Shown here in pieces: positions 11,491 to 24,700 of a DNA stretch of 55,169 bases. Within the stretch, counting starts at the first letter, position 1; every line of letters starts with the position of its first letter. Source of the DNA: Gonapodya sp. JEL0774 (taxonomy: Eukaryota); the NCBI GenBank assembly GCA_027604505.1, contig JADIIX010000033.1:124001-179169 (forward strand). The letters run 5' to 3'. The position numbers and the translations under genes are program-made. The notes beneath the pieces are model-generated. The model was not told where the DNA came from. It made no database searches and worked only from the letters and a program-made list of their open reading frames with translations.

Positions 11491-14377
11491 ATGCGACCAT
11501 CAGCTCACGACATCGTCTCCAATGCACGTTTTTTGGCCCTGTTGCTCTCGCTGTTGGGCTTGCAAAGTCAGTCAGAACAAAATCAAGAACATTTGGAACT
11601 CAAGAAACTCTAACAGACAGATCAAATTCCAGCTGTCGCCCAGAACTCCACAACACAGTCGTATGGCGAATCGTGCTTAAATTATGGGGGGACTTTGAGA
11701 GAGTGTCTGCCTGAGTATCAATGGCAAGTGTCAGTCTCGCATCGCGGTCCCACAACTTGCCAACTGAGCGTGCAAGTAATTCCTCGCTCAATAAAAGTGC
11801 TTATCCAACCAGCTGCCCGCAAGGTCATTGCATCGGTGAGTGGACTTCCGATGAAGCACAGGGAAGTGATTATGCCAAGATTTTACTTTCTACCAGGCGG
11901 AACGTGCTGCAACTTTAATGAAACGGTAAACGTCTCCCTGTCGCGTTTCCTTCTTCTATTGTTTGGTTCCTTGACTCTTTGTGTCTGCTCGCGTTCTCAG
12001 GGATGTCCAAATGGATCTCCCGGCTGTTGTGGTAGGCATTTTCTTGGTGCCGAGTGACTCAATTCCCACTCTTCACTCTGATTTTAGGAACATTTGAGCC
12101 GCCTCCGATCGCACAGAACTCCACAACACAGGCGTATGGCGAACCGTGCTTAAATTATGGGGGGACTTTGCGAGAGTGTCTCCCTGAGTATCAATTGCGA
12201 GTGTCAGTCCCGCATCGTGTTCCAACAACTTGCCGACTGACTATGCAATCAATTCGTCTTTCAACAAAAGTGCTTATCCAACCAGCTGCCCGCAAGGTCA
12301 TTGCATCGGTGAGTGGACTTCCGATGAAGCACAGGGAAGTGATTATGCCAAGATTTTACTTTCTACCAGGCGGAACGTGCTGCAACTTTAATGAAACGGT
12401 AAAAGTCTCCCTGTTGTGCTTCCTTCTTCCAGTGTTTGGTTCATTGACTCTTTGTGTCTGCTCGCGTTCTCAGGGATGTCCGAATGGATCTCCCGGCTGT
12501 TGTGGTAGGCATTTTCTTGGTGCCGAGTTACTCAATTCCCACACTTCACCCTGATTTTAGGAATATTTGAGCCGCCTCCAATCTGCTGTAGGTTGTGAGC
12601 GAAGATTCAACATGCACATGTTTTGAAGTTTGACACCACCTCTCCCGTGTCTGTCTCAAGCTGCATCACGTATGTCAATTGTGATGTCTCCATTGACTTA
12701 CACAGAGAATCGATTAACACATCCGTATCAACGGTATCACATACCCAATGCTTTTCTCCACAGTATCTCCACCTACCTCTGATGCTCAACTACCGTCACC
12801 AGAAAGTAATGTTTCCTTCGGTTCGATTCACCTTAATCCCACTTTGACGGACCCATTTGAACAGCTACGCCATCACCAACAACGCCGTTACGTGCGTATT
12901 GCGAAAGTCCATTGAGTTTATTGTTGTGCAGAGGAACTAATCAGGATCTTAATGTAAACGAACATACAGCACCATGCACCGATTTTGATCAGCCGCTCAC
13001 GACAATGTCCAGCTGGCTGACCACAGAGACCTTAACTGACTGTTCCACAACCGTAGGAAACAATTCGCTTACTTCTCCATCGACTTTCTCCGAGAGTTAC
13101 ACAATTGCAAATGAAACGAATTCAGATCAAATTCTAACGACTGCAGCTGACAGTGGGAGCATTTTAATTAAGGCGGGGGACAAGGGATCCAAGTTCGTTT
13201 CTTCAGCAGCTTTCGCTCTCTTGCAACAGTTGTCACGGATCATCATATCATAGCAGTGACGGTTCTAATATCAGCTATATTGCTGGCGTTTCTGCAGGTG
13301 TGGCAGTTACCATCGTGTCACTGTTGGCCCTTGTCGTAGGACTGCTAAGACGCAAGAACAAGACAAATACCATTATTCCCAGAGGTGATAATAGGCTAGC
13401 GGGATCAAAAACTTTGTCTACGGGAAGAGAATACGATATTGGGGTGTGCGTATTATCATTGTTTTATCGATCACCGAGAATCTCATTTACCAAAACTTTG
13501 CACCACAAAGAGGCCAGTCCAAAAGCACTAAGCGCAACAGCTTGTAAGTCATTTTTGCACTTGCTTTCTAAGCCGCGCTGGGCACAGCTTCCATTTTGTT
13601 GTTTTTGTTCAGCTTAGCGAGCCCTCGTCGGGGAGCCACCGAGCCGCTCCTCACTGCCCTGGCTTCCAGTTGTACGATGCTAGTGGAAAGTGGCTCAAAT
13701 ACAACCACTTCTTCAGATGTCGCTCAAATGCCACATGTGGGTTATTACGATCTGTTTTCGGATCGGAAGGGGTTGTGGCGTGCCACCGCGTCAACTCATT
13801 TCTGCTCTCCAAATGATCAAGTGGTTCTTCCTGAGGTACGTAACAATGAAGAATTGTTGTAATGGCTCAGTAGTGGATTCTTTTTACCGCGTGGCCTCAG
13901 GAATGCGAGGCAGCAGAACCTTCTTAGCGAAACCAGCATACCTTACACTGGTCCCACCGTTGTTGCCACCATTCAGGTGCGCTTTTTATTTTTTGATTGT
14001 GGTTTTATCTGCTAGAGTGGCAAATGAAACGGAGTTGGTTATCAGCACTCTCCGGCGACGATGGATGAAATCAATGTGCACCCTGTGAGTCTGAAGACCT
14101 GCTGCCTTCGAAGAATATAGTGAATTGATGACGCCGTCGCGTACACACTGGGACGTAGGGGAATTTTGTGACCCTCCTATCTCTCCGTCGAGACGGCTGG
14201 GGAATGGGCCGGAATGTGAGTCGTGAGCTCCTCAAATCACCCCCCGCCTCCTTTTCCTCACGCTGAATATACCCGATTTGTTTTCAGCTAGATACTGGCG
14301 CCTATGGCATGGTCCCCCTTGACTGTTTGAACTTGGTGGACTATGTTCCGTCCTCAGTGGCACCAGAAGAAGTTTAG
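11491..14377 (+). CDS. Receptor-like type I membrane protein, paralog B: signal peptide, two tandem Cys modules, S/T stalk, TM helix, cytosolic SH3
   Basis: MRPSAHDIVSNARFLALLLSLLGLQ..VAQNSTTQSYGESCLNYGGTLRECLPEYQCAYPTSCPQGHCIGGTCCNFNETGCPNGSPGCCG. TM AGVAVTIVSLLALVVGLLRRKNK (~13290-13360). SH3 VVATIQ|HSPATMDEINVHP|GNFVTLLSLRRDGWGMGRN|LDTGAYGMVPLDCL with the same intron positions as paralog A. TAG at 14375-14377. Confidence 0.8.
11641..12579 (+). repeat. Intragenic tandem duplication, period 473 bp (11641-12106 and 12114-12579), including exons and introns of the Cys module
   Basis: Near-identical runs, e.g. aaaagtgcttatccaaccagctgcccgcaaggtcattgcatcggtgagtggacttccgatgaagcacagggaagtgattatgccaagattttactttctaccaggcggaacgtgctgc occurs in both copies. 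Confidence 0.95.
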
Positions 14378-14669
14378 CGAGAGTTACACTGGATTAAAAC
14401 TCAAGCCAACAGTGGAAGATACATTTTTAAGTATCTTGTGTGTTCAATTTTTTGTTGTACTCTCTCTTGTCATGTATGCGCGTCTTTGTTCTCGTTTTTA
14501 ACGTTCAAGCATCTGTCACTTTGCATAATTTCAAGCTTGAAGTGATTCAATCTTTGTACTTCCTCTGTTTATAAATGGTCGATAATTATAAGTAAACTCT
14601 CCTCCTCTCCCACCCGTCCAACACGGGCGGTCCGCCCAACACACACCACACACTCCGTCTAACTCCTCC

Positions 14670-17341
14670 CTAACTCCTACCCCATAGCCTATTACCCCAG
14701 CCCAAGCCCCAGCCCCCCTTGGTCTTTTTACCCATCTCCGCCAACCCCTCACCTTCTTCCACCCTCCTCACCTCGTCACCAATATCCTCTCCTTCCTTCT
14801 TCCCCACCCCCACCACCTTCCCAAACGCCTGACCCATTTTGACTTTCGAACCTACATCCACCGTGAACTCAAATCCTCGCGGTGCTTCAAACACCAACAC
14901 GATGGTCGACCCCAGTTGGAAACCACCAAGCTCATCGGCACGGAATACGGGGATGCCACCTAGGGCAGGAGACAGGGCTCGATATGTGTTTTCGGTATAT
15001 TGGCCCGGGAGCGGGTTGATGGCAGGAGGTTTTGAGAGAGGGAGATTGGTGCGAATGGACTTGATATGGTGCACACGAGAAGGGTAATGAACAAACCAAC
15101 TACACCACATAATCGCCACATTGAAGCAACGTTTCAGCTCCCGCTCACCTCATCAAAATTCAACTTTATACTCCCCACATTTGTCGCTCCCACACTGACC
15201 ATCGAAAAGAAGCCGTATCTCCATCTGCCTAACATGGCCACCCGTTCGTTCAGGGCAAACAAGTTGCCCAGAGACCGCGCCATCCATGGACTAACTGAGT
15301 AGAGCTCGCCTGAAATTGACGAACGCAGGGTGCCAGCATAGGAAGGAAGGTTCAGCGTCTCCACCGCTCAGACACTCATTCTCTCCTCAAAACCAACTCA
15401 CCCACGAAATGCCTACTCCGTTCTACAACCCATTCCACGGGCGAGTGGAACCTGTGGTAGTCTCCCGGTGCCAAATAAACCACGGCGAAATACAGCGCGT
15501 GGTCTGGCTTCAGGAATGACGGGTGGGGGGCGGACGTGGAGCTCGATGTAGTTCCCGAGCCAGGAACTTCCGTGTAGGCGTTCGCGTCTCCAGTTCCATC
15601 GCCCATCAGCGTGCTGAGAGAGTACTGGATCCCGTTCACGTCGGCAAATTCTTTCTCGCTCACAATGTCTCCACCGTGAGACCTTTTGAGTAAGGCAGCG
15701 AGCTGCTGTGGAGCCAAAGTCGTTTTTAGCGACCCAGCGTCGGGGTTGAAGTCTGATTCAGGGTCCGACTCAGCATCAGATCCGCCAGTGCTGTTCCGCT
15801 TCCTCTTTCTCCCCGGAGTACCCAAAAACGCGTCCAGGGAGTACGTGAGACCCTTAACCTGCTCAATCTGACGTTCGTCCGTCACAATGCCATGAACCAG
15901 GACGCGGCCGTCGCAAGGGGAGACCTGGTGCGAGACAGGTAACTACACTGTCAACCGATTCACAGCACGTAAATCACTCACCACCTCTACTCCCAAATCC
16001 ACTTCTCTCGCTCCAGGCTTCAAACCCCTGTAAAAGAACTCTCCCAAATTCGCATACTCGTGCAATCCCTTGTCCTCCATCTCAGTCAAATCTGCTCCAA
16101 AAACATAGGCATATGCCTTATATAGAGGACTGCGCAAAGGTGTTGGGACAGTAAGGCTGTTGAGGTCGCCCCAGAGGCGCGACAAGTGGCGGAGGGGGAG
16201 GGTGGCGTAGAGGTGAATCTGGGCGAAGGGTGGGGAGGAATGTGGTGCGGGATATGGTAGAGTAAGGCGGTGAGAGGGAACGAGAGCGGAGAGGGACAGT
16301 CACGATTCCGACTAGCGACGCTAAAATACTCACATGCCAACCTCCCCGAACCACGACCCGTTCCCCAAGTTCCATCCCTTGGGCAATCATTTGCTCGTAC
16401 TCGCGAGCCGCGCGCTGATCCTCGCGGCGCTTGGCGTGGAGCAGGCCTAGCACGGCGATAATGAGGAAGCCGAGGCTGAGGGGAATCGAGAGCCAGGGGC
16501 GAGGGGCTTAGGATGGGGCAGGCGATAAGTGATGGGATGAGTCGGAAAGTTCAGGGCCCACGTCTCTCCCGACAGACTTCTTTGTCAAAAACGCAGAGCC
16601 GCACTTTACTGGCTTAGTACCTTGGTAGGACTTACCGTTTTTCTTCTTTTGCTGCTGCGAGTACTCCCTCCTCCCCCCGATACGAGCCATGCGCCATATC
16701 CCGGCTGCAGCCGAGCTGGAATACCTAAACTGGGTAAATCTGCGAAATCTCGTGTTAGACGTTGGTTGGGATGTGGTGGCGGCAGAGGAGGGGGCGGAAT
16801 CGAAGGCCGTAATAGGTGTGGAGGGGTCGTATAGGGGGGAGATAGCGTGTGCTTGATGGTCCAAGGATCCCGAGTCTCTATTTGAGCGGGAATGAGCGGA
16901 TGAGGATCGGTGTTTGCGGGAGGATGACACGGAGGAGGAGGGAGAGCCCACGGCGTGGACCGCCGTGGGGCGGGCAGATGGGGGCACAGAGCTCGCAAGA
17001 GGTTGTTGCTGCGTTCTCCACCGGACGCGCGATCGAGACAGCGCAAGTGCACCAAGGCCTATCGGACGGAATAGACGGTAGCCCTGTACGGCCATCCGGT
17101 AAGGCACTCTGAAGGGAGCAGTGAGATAGGTGTTTGAAGGGGATGCGATGGCGCGAGATTGGGAGGTGTGAGTCTCGCATTTGTGCGAAAGGGAGGGAGG
17201 AGCAGGGGAGGAGGAGCGCGAACGGGACTGGGAGAACCAGTATCTGCCGATGGAGAATATGGAGCGAGCGGTGTCCATTATTGCGGAAGTTGGTGTCGGA
17301 GTGGAGGAGGACGCCTCAGAGTGATGAAGATAACTGGTCAT
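14670..17341 (-). CDS. PSD1: Phosphatidylserine decarboxylase proenzyme, mitochondrial type; start uncertain
   Basis: [82 protein letters not shown], and the autocleavage motif [16 protein letters not shown]. Confidence 0.93.
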
Positions 17342-18157
17342 ACGGGAGAGTATGAAGTATGGAAGTGGTAGGGGGAGAGCGGAATGCGATTGTCGGAGTG
17401 TTCGCAATAAAGCGACCCAGAGTCAGGCAAACAACCAAAGACATGTTTCAAGATTCTGCGATTGTGCCCGCGTGCCCACTGGCTCTTGTCCATCTTGTCC
17501 CAGCTTGGCAGTGGGTTGATGCTTCTGTGGTGGGTTCATCCCGCCCAACCCTTCCGCACGCTCATTTATCCACTCACTTTCCTATATACCGTCTTTTAAA
17601 TCTGCACTCCAGTGAACCACGATCGCAACCCGCAACCCACAAGTTCTGTTTTCAAGTCAAGGGAATCGGTGGATCCACACGGCATGTACAGGTTCAAACG
17701 CCACAAACTGAAAACCCAAGCGAACCTCTCTTCTCCCACCGTAAATCTTCTTGTTCAAAAAATCTCTTAGACGCATATACACGCTGCATAATTGATTTCA
17801 TGTTCAGTCACTGCTTGTTGTAAATAATACCTCACTCGCTCCGGTGTGAACACTGCTTTTCTCAACGAATGATGCAACCGGCTCTCTCCCTTGCATCAAA
17901 TAATCGTCCCCTCAGTGCTCCAGTTTTGCATTTTGGCACGAGGCAGACGGACAGACGGAAACTCTGCTTCCACATCCAGTCACCCCTCAACATTCTTTCA
18001 CCTCTTTGACTACACAACCAGGAATGTGCAATGGTGTTATATTGTGATGGCGGGAGGGATTGCAGTTGAATAGCTCGGCATTTCCGCTGATGGTGCACGC
18101 TGGACTCAGTCGGCCTTGTTGATTGGTCACGCACACCTGCACATTCCCACCCCCATC

Positions 18158-19627
18158 ATGCGGCCGCTACTCGTCCCCCTGCTTACCATCCTCCTCCTTA
18201 CCATCCTCTTCTCCACTCGCTCATCTTCCGCCCCTCTTGACCTGGGGTTCATAACCCAGTTTGACGATCCGACAGACCCTTATCTCGGCGCTCTCGAGAC
18301 CGTCACAGACTGCGGTACAGACCAGGATATTTTCCAGCTACAAGCCTTAGAAATCTCACCGGATCCGCCGGTCAAGGTTCGTTCGGGGACCTGGAATGAG
18401 TTCTAGGTGAAAAAGCACAACTTGCGTGTGATGGCGGAGCTTCATCGCCAGACAGCTCGAATCGGTTGTTTCAAAGCACATCATCAAGACCGGCGAGGCA
18501 CATTACTGAGCGGTAAACATCTTTTTCTGCTCCAAGCATGAGGAATCCCCTCATGCGAATGAGGGCATGGGATTCCACATGTATTCACAACCCTGGGCGA
18601 ACAGACGATTCGCGTCCCGCTTCTCCGCTTTTCTGTTGTTCAATTTCTCCTCCTTCTTTTCAATTCTTTCAAACTAATATCAATGGCTTCGATTTCGCCT
18701 TCATGCACATCTCCTACCCACTAGGGGCACCCTATCTCCATATCTGCCAAGGGTCTCCTCAAGGATACGGTGGAGCCTGGGGCTAATGTCTCTGTGCTGG
18801 TGAGTAGTAGAGACACATAGAAGGTGAAGATGGGATGGCAGGATATTACGAGGGAAAGGAACGATCCCAGGAGAGTTTGACCCATCGTGTGTCGTCTTTT
18901 GTCGGTGCGTTCGCAAATCACATGTATTCAAATGTGCGGATGGGGTGATTGTCTCTTAAATTTGGGCGTGAGCCGTTGGGAAACATCTGACGTGTTGCAT
19001 CACGATTGGAGGTGTGGGATAGTGAATAACGAAGAACAGAGTTGCTGGGTACTTCGGTGGCTGCACTGTGAAGGAAGCTAAAGATACCTCAACGCATCGC
19101 ATCTCTACTACTTGTCCATGCCCCTACGTCCCCACCAATGCCCATTTGTGCTTCATCTCCGAACTTCATCTGGTCTCCCACATCAGGTCAAAATCGGTCT
19201 CGTCAAACTTGTCAATCAAGATTTTGACCTTTGCGAGCTCATCAAGGGTAATCTGGATGAGGAGTGCCCGCTTCAGCCAGGTGAGAGGGAGTTGAAGAGG
19301 ACATTCGAGGTAAGCCTAAGTGTTGGAGGGATAACAACGGAGGTCATGTCCTCATCGCGGCATAATCTCGCACCCACCGACTCTTTGATCATTCAATGTA
19401 TTTTACAACCAAATTTCCATCCTAACTAAAAGCTTCCAGAGGACGCTCCTAAGGTGGGTGTAACTTCACTTTTCGAGTCTCACCTCACACCTATAGTAAA
19501 CATCTCCAACTCCATTTTCGTCATCCTAACTCCATTTCAGGGCCACTACCGTGTCTCCGCTGTTGTCACGGCCGCGGACCATAGGGAGATCGCGTGCTTT
19601 AGGGCTGACTGGATTTGGATGACGTAG
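18158..19627 (+). CDS. ML-domain (NPC2-like / PG-PI transfer) secreted lipid-binding protein, 5 exons
   Basis: Signal peptide MRPLLVPLLTILLLTILFST. Spliced sequence DCGTDQDIFQLQALEISPDPPVK|GHPISISAKGLLKDTVEPGANVSVL|VKIGLVKLVNQDFDLCELIKGNLDEECPLQPG..|LPEDAPK|GHYRV..EIACF, the classic ML cysteine pattern. Confidence 0.88.
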
Positions 19628-20189
19628 ATCGAAAGGCCTGTTTGACTAGGAATGGGGTGGGTCCTGGTTACCCTAGAGAGCTGGAGTGCAACACGGAGCT
19701 GAAATTTGATGAAGGAGGATTTCGTTTTGCTTCGTATTTGATTTGACGAGTTTGGATGTTCTTGCTGGTGGTAGTGTGAGCAAGCGCGGTTTCTACTGTT
19801 CGCCTAAGCGGCATATCGCCAAAGAATTACAATAGATACTAAGGCAATCAGTGTGAAATTCTTTGTGTTCTAAAGACGATGTGCGTGGCAGTAAATGTTA
19901 ACTTCCTTCCTTGAGTATAACTCTCAGATTCCGACAATGTCCGAACACGCAGCTAGCTGTATGGATAAGAGAAAGATCCGGATCTGAAATATCTATTGCC
20001 TGTCGAGGTGTTACATGTGAATTGCAAATCCTCCTAGTGGATCTGCCCACCTGGGACCCCAGACAAGCACGCGCATTGCACGACACACCGTGTGCAAATG
20101 CATCCTCCGAAATCGCAAGTAATCATCCGCCATTTCCAATACAACAGTTCCCACCCACCCATCCATTCGCACGGCTGTCATCCGGTCAT

Positions 20190-21487
20190 CTATTTTATGT
20201 ACTGACTCAACCATCGAAAACCCTCCGCATAACCCTGCCTCATTGCCACCGAGCACATAAACATCTCAATAGGTCTCGTATTCGGGTCTAGCTGGGATTT
20301 TCCTTTACCCGTCGTCTGGTACAGACCCAAAGCGGCACGAAGGTGTTCCTCTGAGACGGCGGTGGGGAGGTCAATTTTGTTGCCGAGGATGAGGAAGGGG
20401 ACTTTGGTGAGCTCATCGATAGAGAGGAGGTTCTGTGGGGGGGGGGGGGATGGGTAGGAGGGAGGCCTCGGGTGGGTACAGCGGCTGGCAAGTGGAGTGC
20501 GGGCAACATGAAGGAGTAGAGCCGCGACGACCCAAAAGGATACGAGTAGGACCCTAAACATGTTAAAAGGACTCCCTCACACCAGTGCTCCCCATTTGAA
20601 GGCCCATTCGCACAGAATGTAATCTGCCTGGAACCATCCACTACAAACACTCGAGCAAACAGCGACGCCCTACTCACATCCAACTCAGTCTTACTCTCCG
20701 TAAACCTCTCGTAATCTGCTGAGTCGACCAAATACACGATACCGTCCACCTCCGGGAAGTAGTCCTTCCAAAGTCGTCGTGCTGCACAACACAATTACGA
20801 TGAGTGTGTCCGTTCAAGTGTGATGGAAATAGGTGCAGCAGGAGTAACATGGTTCGTTACCTTGCTGGTGCCCGCCAAGGTCATATGTGTTGAATTTCAC
20901 ACTGCCGATGGAGAGTTCTTCCGAAGCTACGTGGAGCGAGTGCACATTGTAGACGAGGGTGAAGAGGAGCGCGGAAATTGGGCTATTAGAGCAGATTAAA
21001 GCGTATTGCAAGAATGCCACAGCTCACTGGGGTGCAAGGTGGGCTGTAGCAGTGCTATCCGGTCGTTCTTGAGCATGTGCAGGAGTGTCGTCTTCCCGGC
21101 ATTGTCAAGACCCAAGAACAGAATTTTGGCGTTCTTATTAACGAGACCTGATCAATGAAGCGTGAAGATACAACAGCGTGAGACGATGGAAGGAGTTATC
21201 AGAGGCATGAGTTATCGCCGGTAGAAGTGTTGGACTCACCAAGGTACGACAGTACGTCCCAGAACCAGTTGATAATGCTACAACGTCAATGCATTGTGAT
21301 GAAATTAAATACCGTGGCGACGTGTTTCATTTGGTTCGTGCAGACGAGACACAGTTTCCACGTGTTGGGAGTGTATGGGAGAAACACGGGGCCGGACGGG
21401 GGTCACGGAGCGATGATGGGCGGCTGGTTTAGCAACGAGATATAGAGATGATGGGAGATGACGGGGAGCGGGGGAGACTCACAACAT
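20190..21487 (-). CDS. SAR1: Small COPII GTPase Sar1
   Basis: [91 protein letters not shown]..|[30 protein letters not shown]. The first coding exon is only 5 nt (ATGTT). Confidence 0.97.
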
Positions 21488-21570
21488 TGGTGAAGAGAGT
21501 ATTGTGGAAGGGCTGGCTGGCAAAACTCCATGTCCCATTTTCACGACTGCACTCTTTTGTACAAAACACA

Positions 21571-21578
21571 GTCACGTG
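21571..21578. promoter_or_regulatory. GTCACGTG E-box (Cbf1/bHLH-type) in the ~290-bp SAR1/DNMT divergent promoter
   Basis: Exact match to RTCACGTG between two head-to-head start codons; function is inferred. Confidence 0.4.
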
Positions 21579-21778
21579 CAAATAACCCACGAGCTTTGCT
21601 CGGGTGGCCTCCGATTTTTAGAGTATCGGAAAGCAGACCCGTGAGGAAAGTAATGCAAACTGGATGAGTGATTTTTCAGTATTCCAGTTGCCAATACGAG
21701 TTAGTTAACCGTAAAGCGAAGCTCGTGGATGCCCATGCACCACGCATTTGGACTCTACAGTTCGTCACCCGAATCGCA

Positions 21779-24700
21779 ATGGCGAGCGGCTCCGGTAACG
21801 CAAGAAATCGTGATCCGGAAAAGGTGAGCGCTCTCAATGAATCTGCCCGTGCTTAAGTACTTTGTCGCCTCGAATCATTCCCGTTGATGGTTCCTCCCTC
21901 CGCGTCTTCGATCCTCACCACCAGGTGCTCAACGAGTACCCCCAATTCAAACCATATGTCAAATTACTTGGAGCTGGTGAGAGATTTCAGGATAGCATTG
22001 GGGGAGCAACCGCGTGCGATGATCCTGGAATGGAGCACAGCTTTCATTCCTTGAGGAACTAAATGTTCATCCTGTATCAAATCCCCGGTTTTCCACTTGA
22101 TTCCAACCGACTAGCCGTTGTGGCTGAAGCCATTGAAGGAAACAATACGACTGAAGAGGCGCTTGAGGACATAGAGAAACTCGCGGCATGTCTTAAACCT
22201 TTCAAGGCTTCTGGTCCCCGAGCAAAGCGGGGAGGGGGACCCAAGTCCTCTACGCGTGGACGTGCAACTAATGTTCCATCGGATGTCAGTGACTCGGGCT
22301 CTGCTAAATCAGTCCCTGGAAGAAATGGGAAGGTCGACGGAGGAAAGTCTGACGGTGAAGAGGGTGAGAGCCCGGAGGATTATATCACTGTGAGTAGTGA
22401 CTCAGAGATGCGAGGCCAGAGCAAGGATGGGGCAGTGAGTATGCTACAACTTCTCATACACATTTGCATATTGTCACAATCTGCTTGGTTCATGCTTGCA
22501 AGAATCAATCCCGTCGAAGATCTCCCCAAAAAAGGCGTGCCGCTGTGGACTCAGACGATGATGGGAAATCATCTAAGCGGCTCCGATCTAGGGTTAAGGA
22601 AAGTTTCCGTATGACGACTGGTTGCCGCTGCTCCCGTGCTGACTCCGATGCTCATTGACAGACGGAGGCTGACGAAATGAGCTCAGACCCAGATGCTACA
22701 ATACCTGGCACCTCCGCGAGTGCTACCAAGGGCAAACGTAATCTGAAAAAGCGGGCCAAGTCGACGCCGTCTTACACCGAGGACGGTGTGGAGGATGCAC
22801 CCCCGAGCAGGTCGAGGAGTAGGTAATGGGTGCCTTTGGATCGCTTTCCGATCGATCTCTTTAATCAGTTTTATGCAGCTAGTACCTTGAAAGTTCCAAC
22901 GTACCGCCCCAAAAAGCCTGTTGTCTACCAGCCTCGCGAAGGTGAACCAGTCGAAACGGGAGACACTATTGTGATGGGCGAGTCGGGCGAGGTGCCGGAC
23001 GAAGATGATCCGGGCATTCCCTGCCGCCGACTATACAACTTTTCTATTTACGACGACAAAAAGAAGCGCATGATTTACGTGGAAGATGTGGGCGTGGAAG
23101 AACGGGTGGATCCGTGCTTTTCGGGCATCGTGAGACCAGTATTTGCAGACGGTGAAAGTGATGAGGAATTCGACGACGAATTCAGCGACGATGAGCCGGA
23201 ATCGGAAAGCGAGGCTGGAGATTTTTCGTCTGCAATGGATGTGGACGCTCTTCCAGAAATTGGCGTAGATCACAAAGGCAAGGGCAAAGCGGTCGAGCCT
23301 CCTCCTCCGGTGGATAGGAAGGGGAAAGGTAAGGCCGTTGAAGATGTGGCCCCAACAGCTGCACCTGCTGGCCAGTGGATGAAGTCTTCATCACTGTGGC
23401 ACCTCGAGATCCATTACCCAGAAACAGGGCAGTGAGTACGCAAAAATGGGAACATGGCCTGTCAACTATTCACGTCTCACGTCCAGCTCACTCAATGTGG
23501 TTTTCGTAGTGGGATGTGGCTCAAAACTGAGTTTGCGTACTATCGTCTTGTTCAACCATCCAAAGCTTACACTCCTTTCTTCGAGAAAATATCAAAAGCT
23601 GTCCGCATCGCTTGGCGCCTGATCATCACACTTAGACGGAGCAAAGACACCTCCTACGAGGAATTCTTGGAGTGTTTGAGCGATTTCCAGAAACTCCCTC
23701 CTCCTCCGAACGGTGGGTCTTCGGGCGCAGTGGGTGACAATCCAAACACAATGGAACTGGAAGAAGAAGCGCGGTATCCCTTGGATCTCACAGAGAAAGA
23801 TCTGCGCGACAACATTGATTGGATCAGAAACGAAGTCGAAGCGGAGATTGAACAGTACGTTAATTCGCTCGACGACTTCACCACCATGGACCTGGAACTT
23901 CTCTCGTCGCCTCTGTGGAAGAAGATTATGAGTCTCTCCGGGTCCAAGCGAGCACCGCAGCCAGCTCGAGATCGAGCTCCAAGGGCTCCCAAGGAGTTAC
24001 ATGTGTTCAAAAGGAACGCAGTTGTGAGCCCCGACATTCGTAAGCTGGAAGGCAGGCTTTTCGGAAGCAACGTTACAGAGCTCCCGCGACCTCCGGTTGC
24101 TTCCGCGGGTTTAGCTGTGAAACACGCTTCCCCCACCAAGCGCGCACTGGTACGTTCAGCCGTAGAAAACGGAGTGGAGTTGAACTCGACTGGCGATGGA
24201 AAAGCCACTGTCAGAGCAAAAGCGGCAAAGAAAGAGAACGGCAACGAGAGCGACGATGAACCCCCGGTCATTGATCATAACAATCTCTATGCAATGCCAA
24301 CTATCCCGCCACTTCCGGACGTCGACGTCTACAATATCAAATGGCTCTCAGATTGCATAGGCAGAGACGGGGACCGTGCTTACTACAGCTCTGTCCAAAT
24401 CAACGGTGAGATGGATCTTTTGGAAGTCGGTAATTACGTTATCACTCGGCCTGAAGAGAAATCAGCTGCGGAAGCGAAATCTGAAGGCTGGCTGGGAGTG
24501 ATCAAATATCTATACGAGCACAAAAAAACTGCTGAGAAGAAAGCCCACGTCCGCTGGTTCAACCCCTTGAAAGACACATTTGTCGGTGAACTTGCTGGAC
24601 ATGCAGGCAAACTGGAAGGCACCCGGGAGATCGTATTGGCAGACAGCTGCGCTGATATCTCCTTGGGAGCTGTTTGTGGTGTCGCCAACGTCGAGTACTT

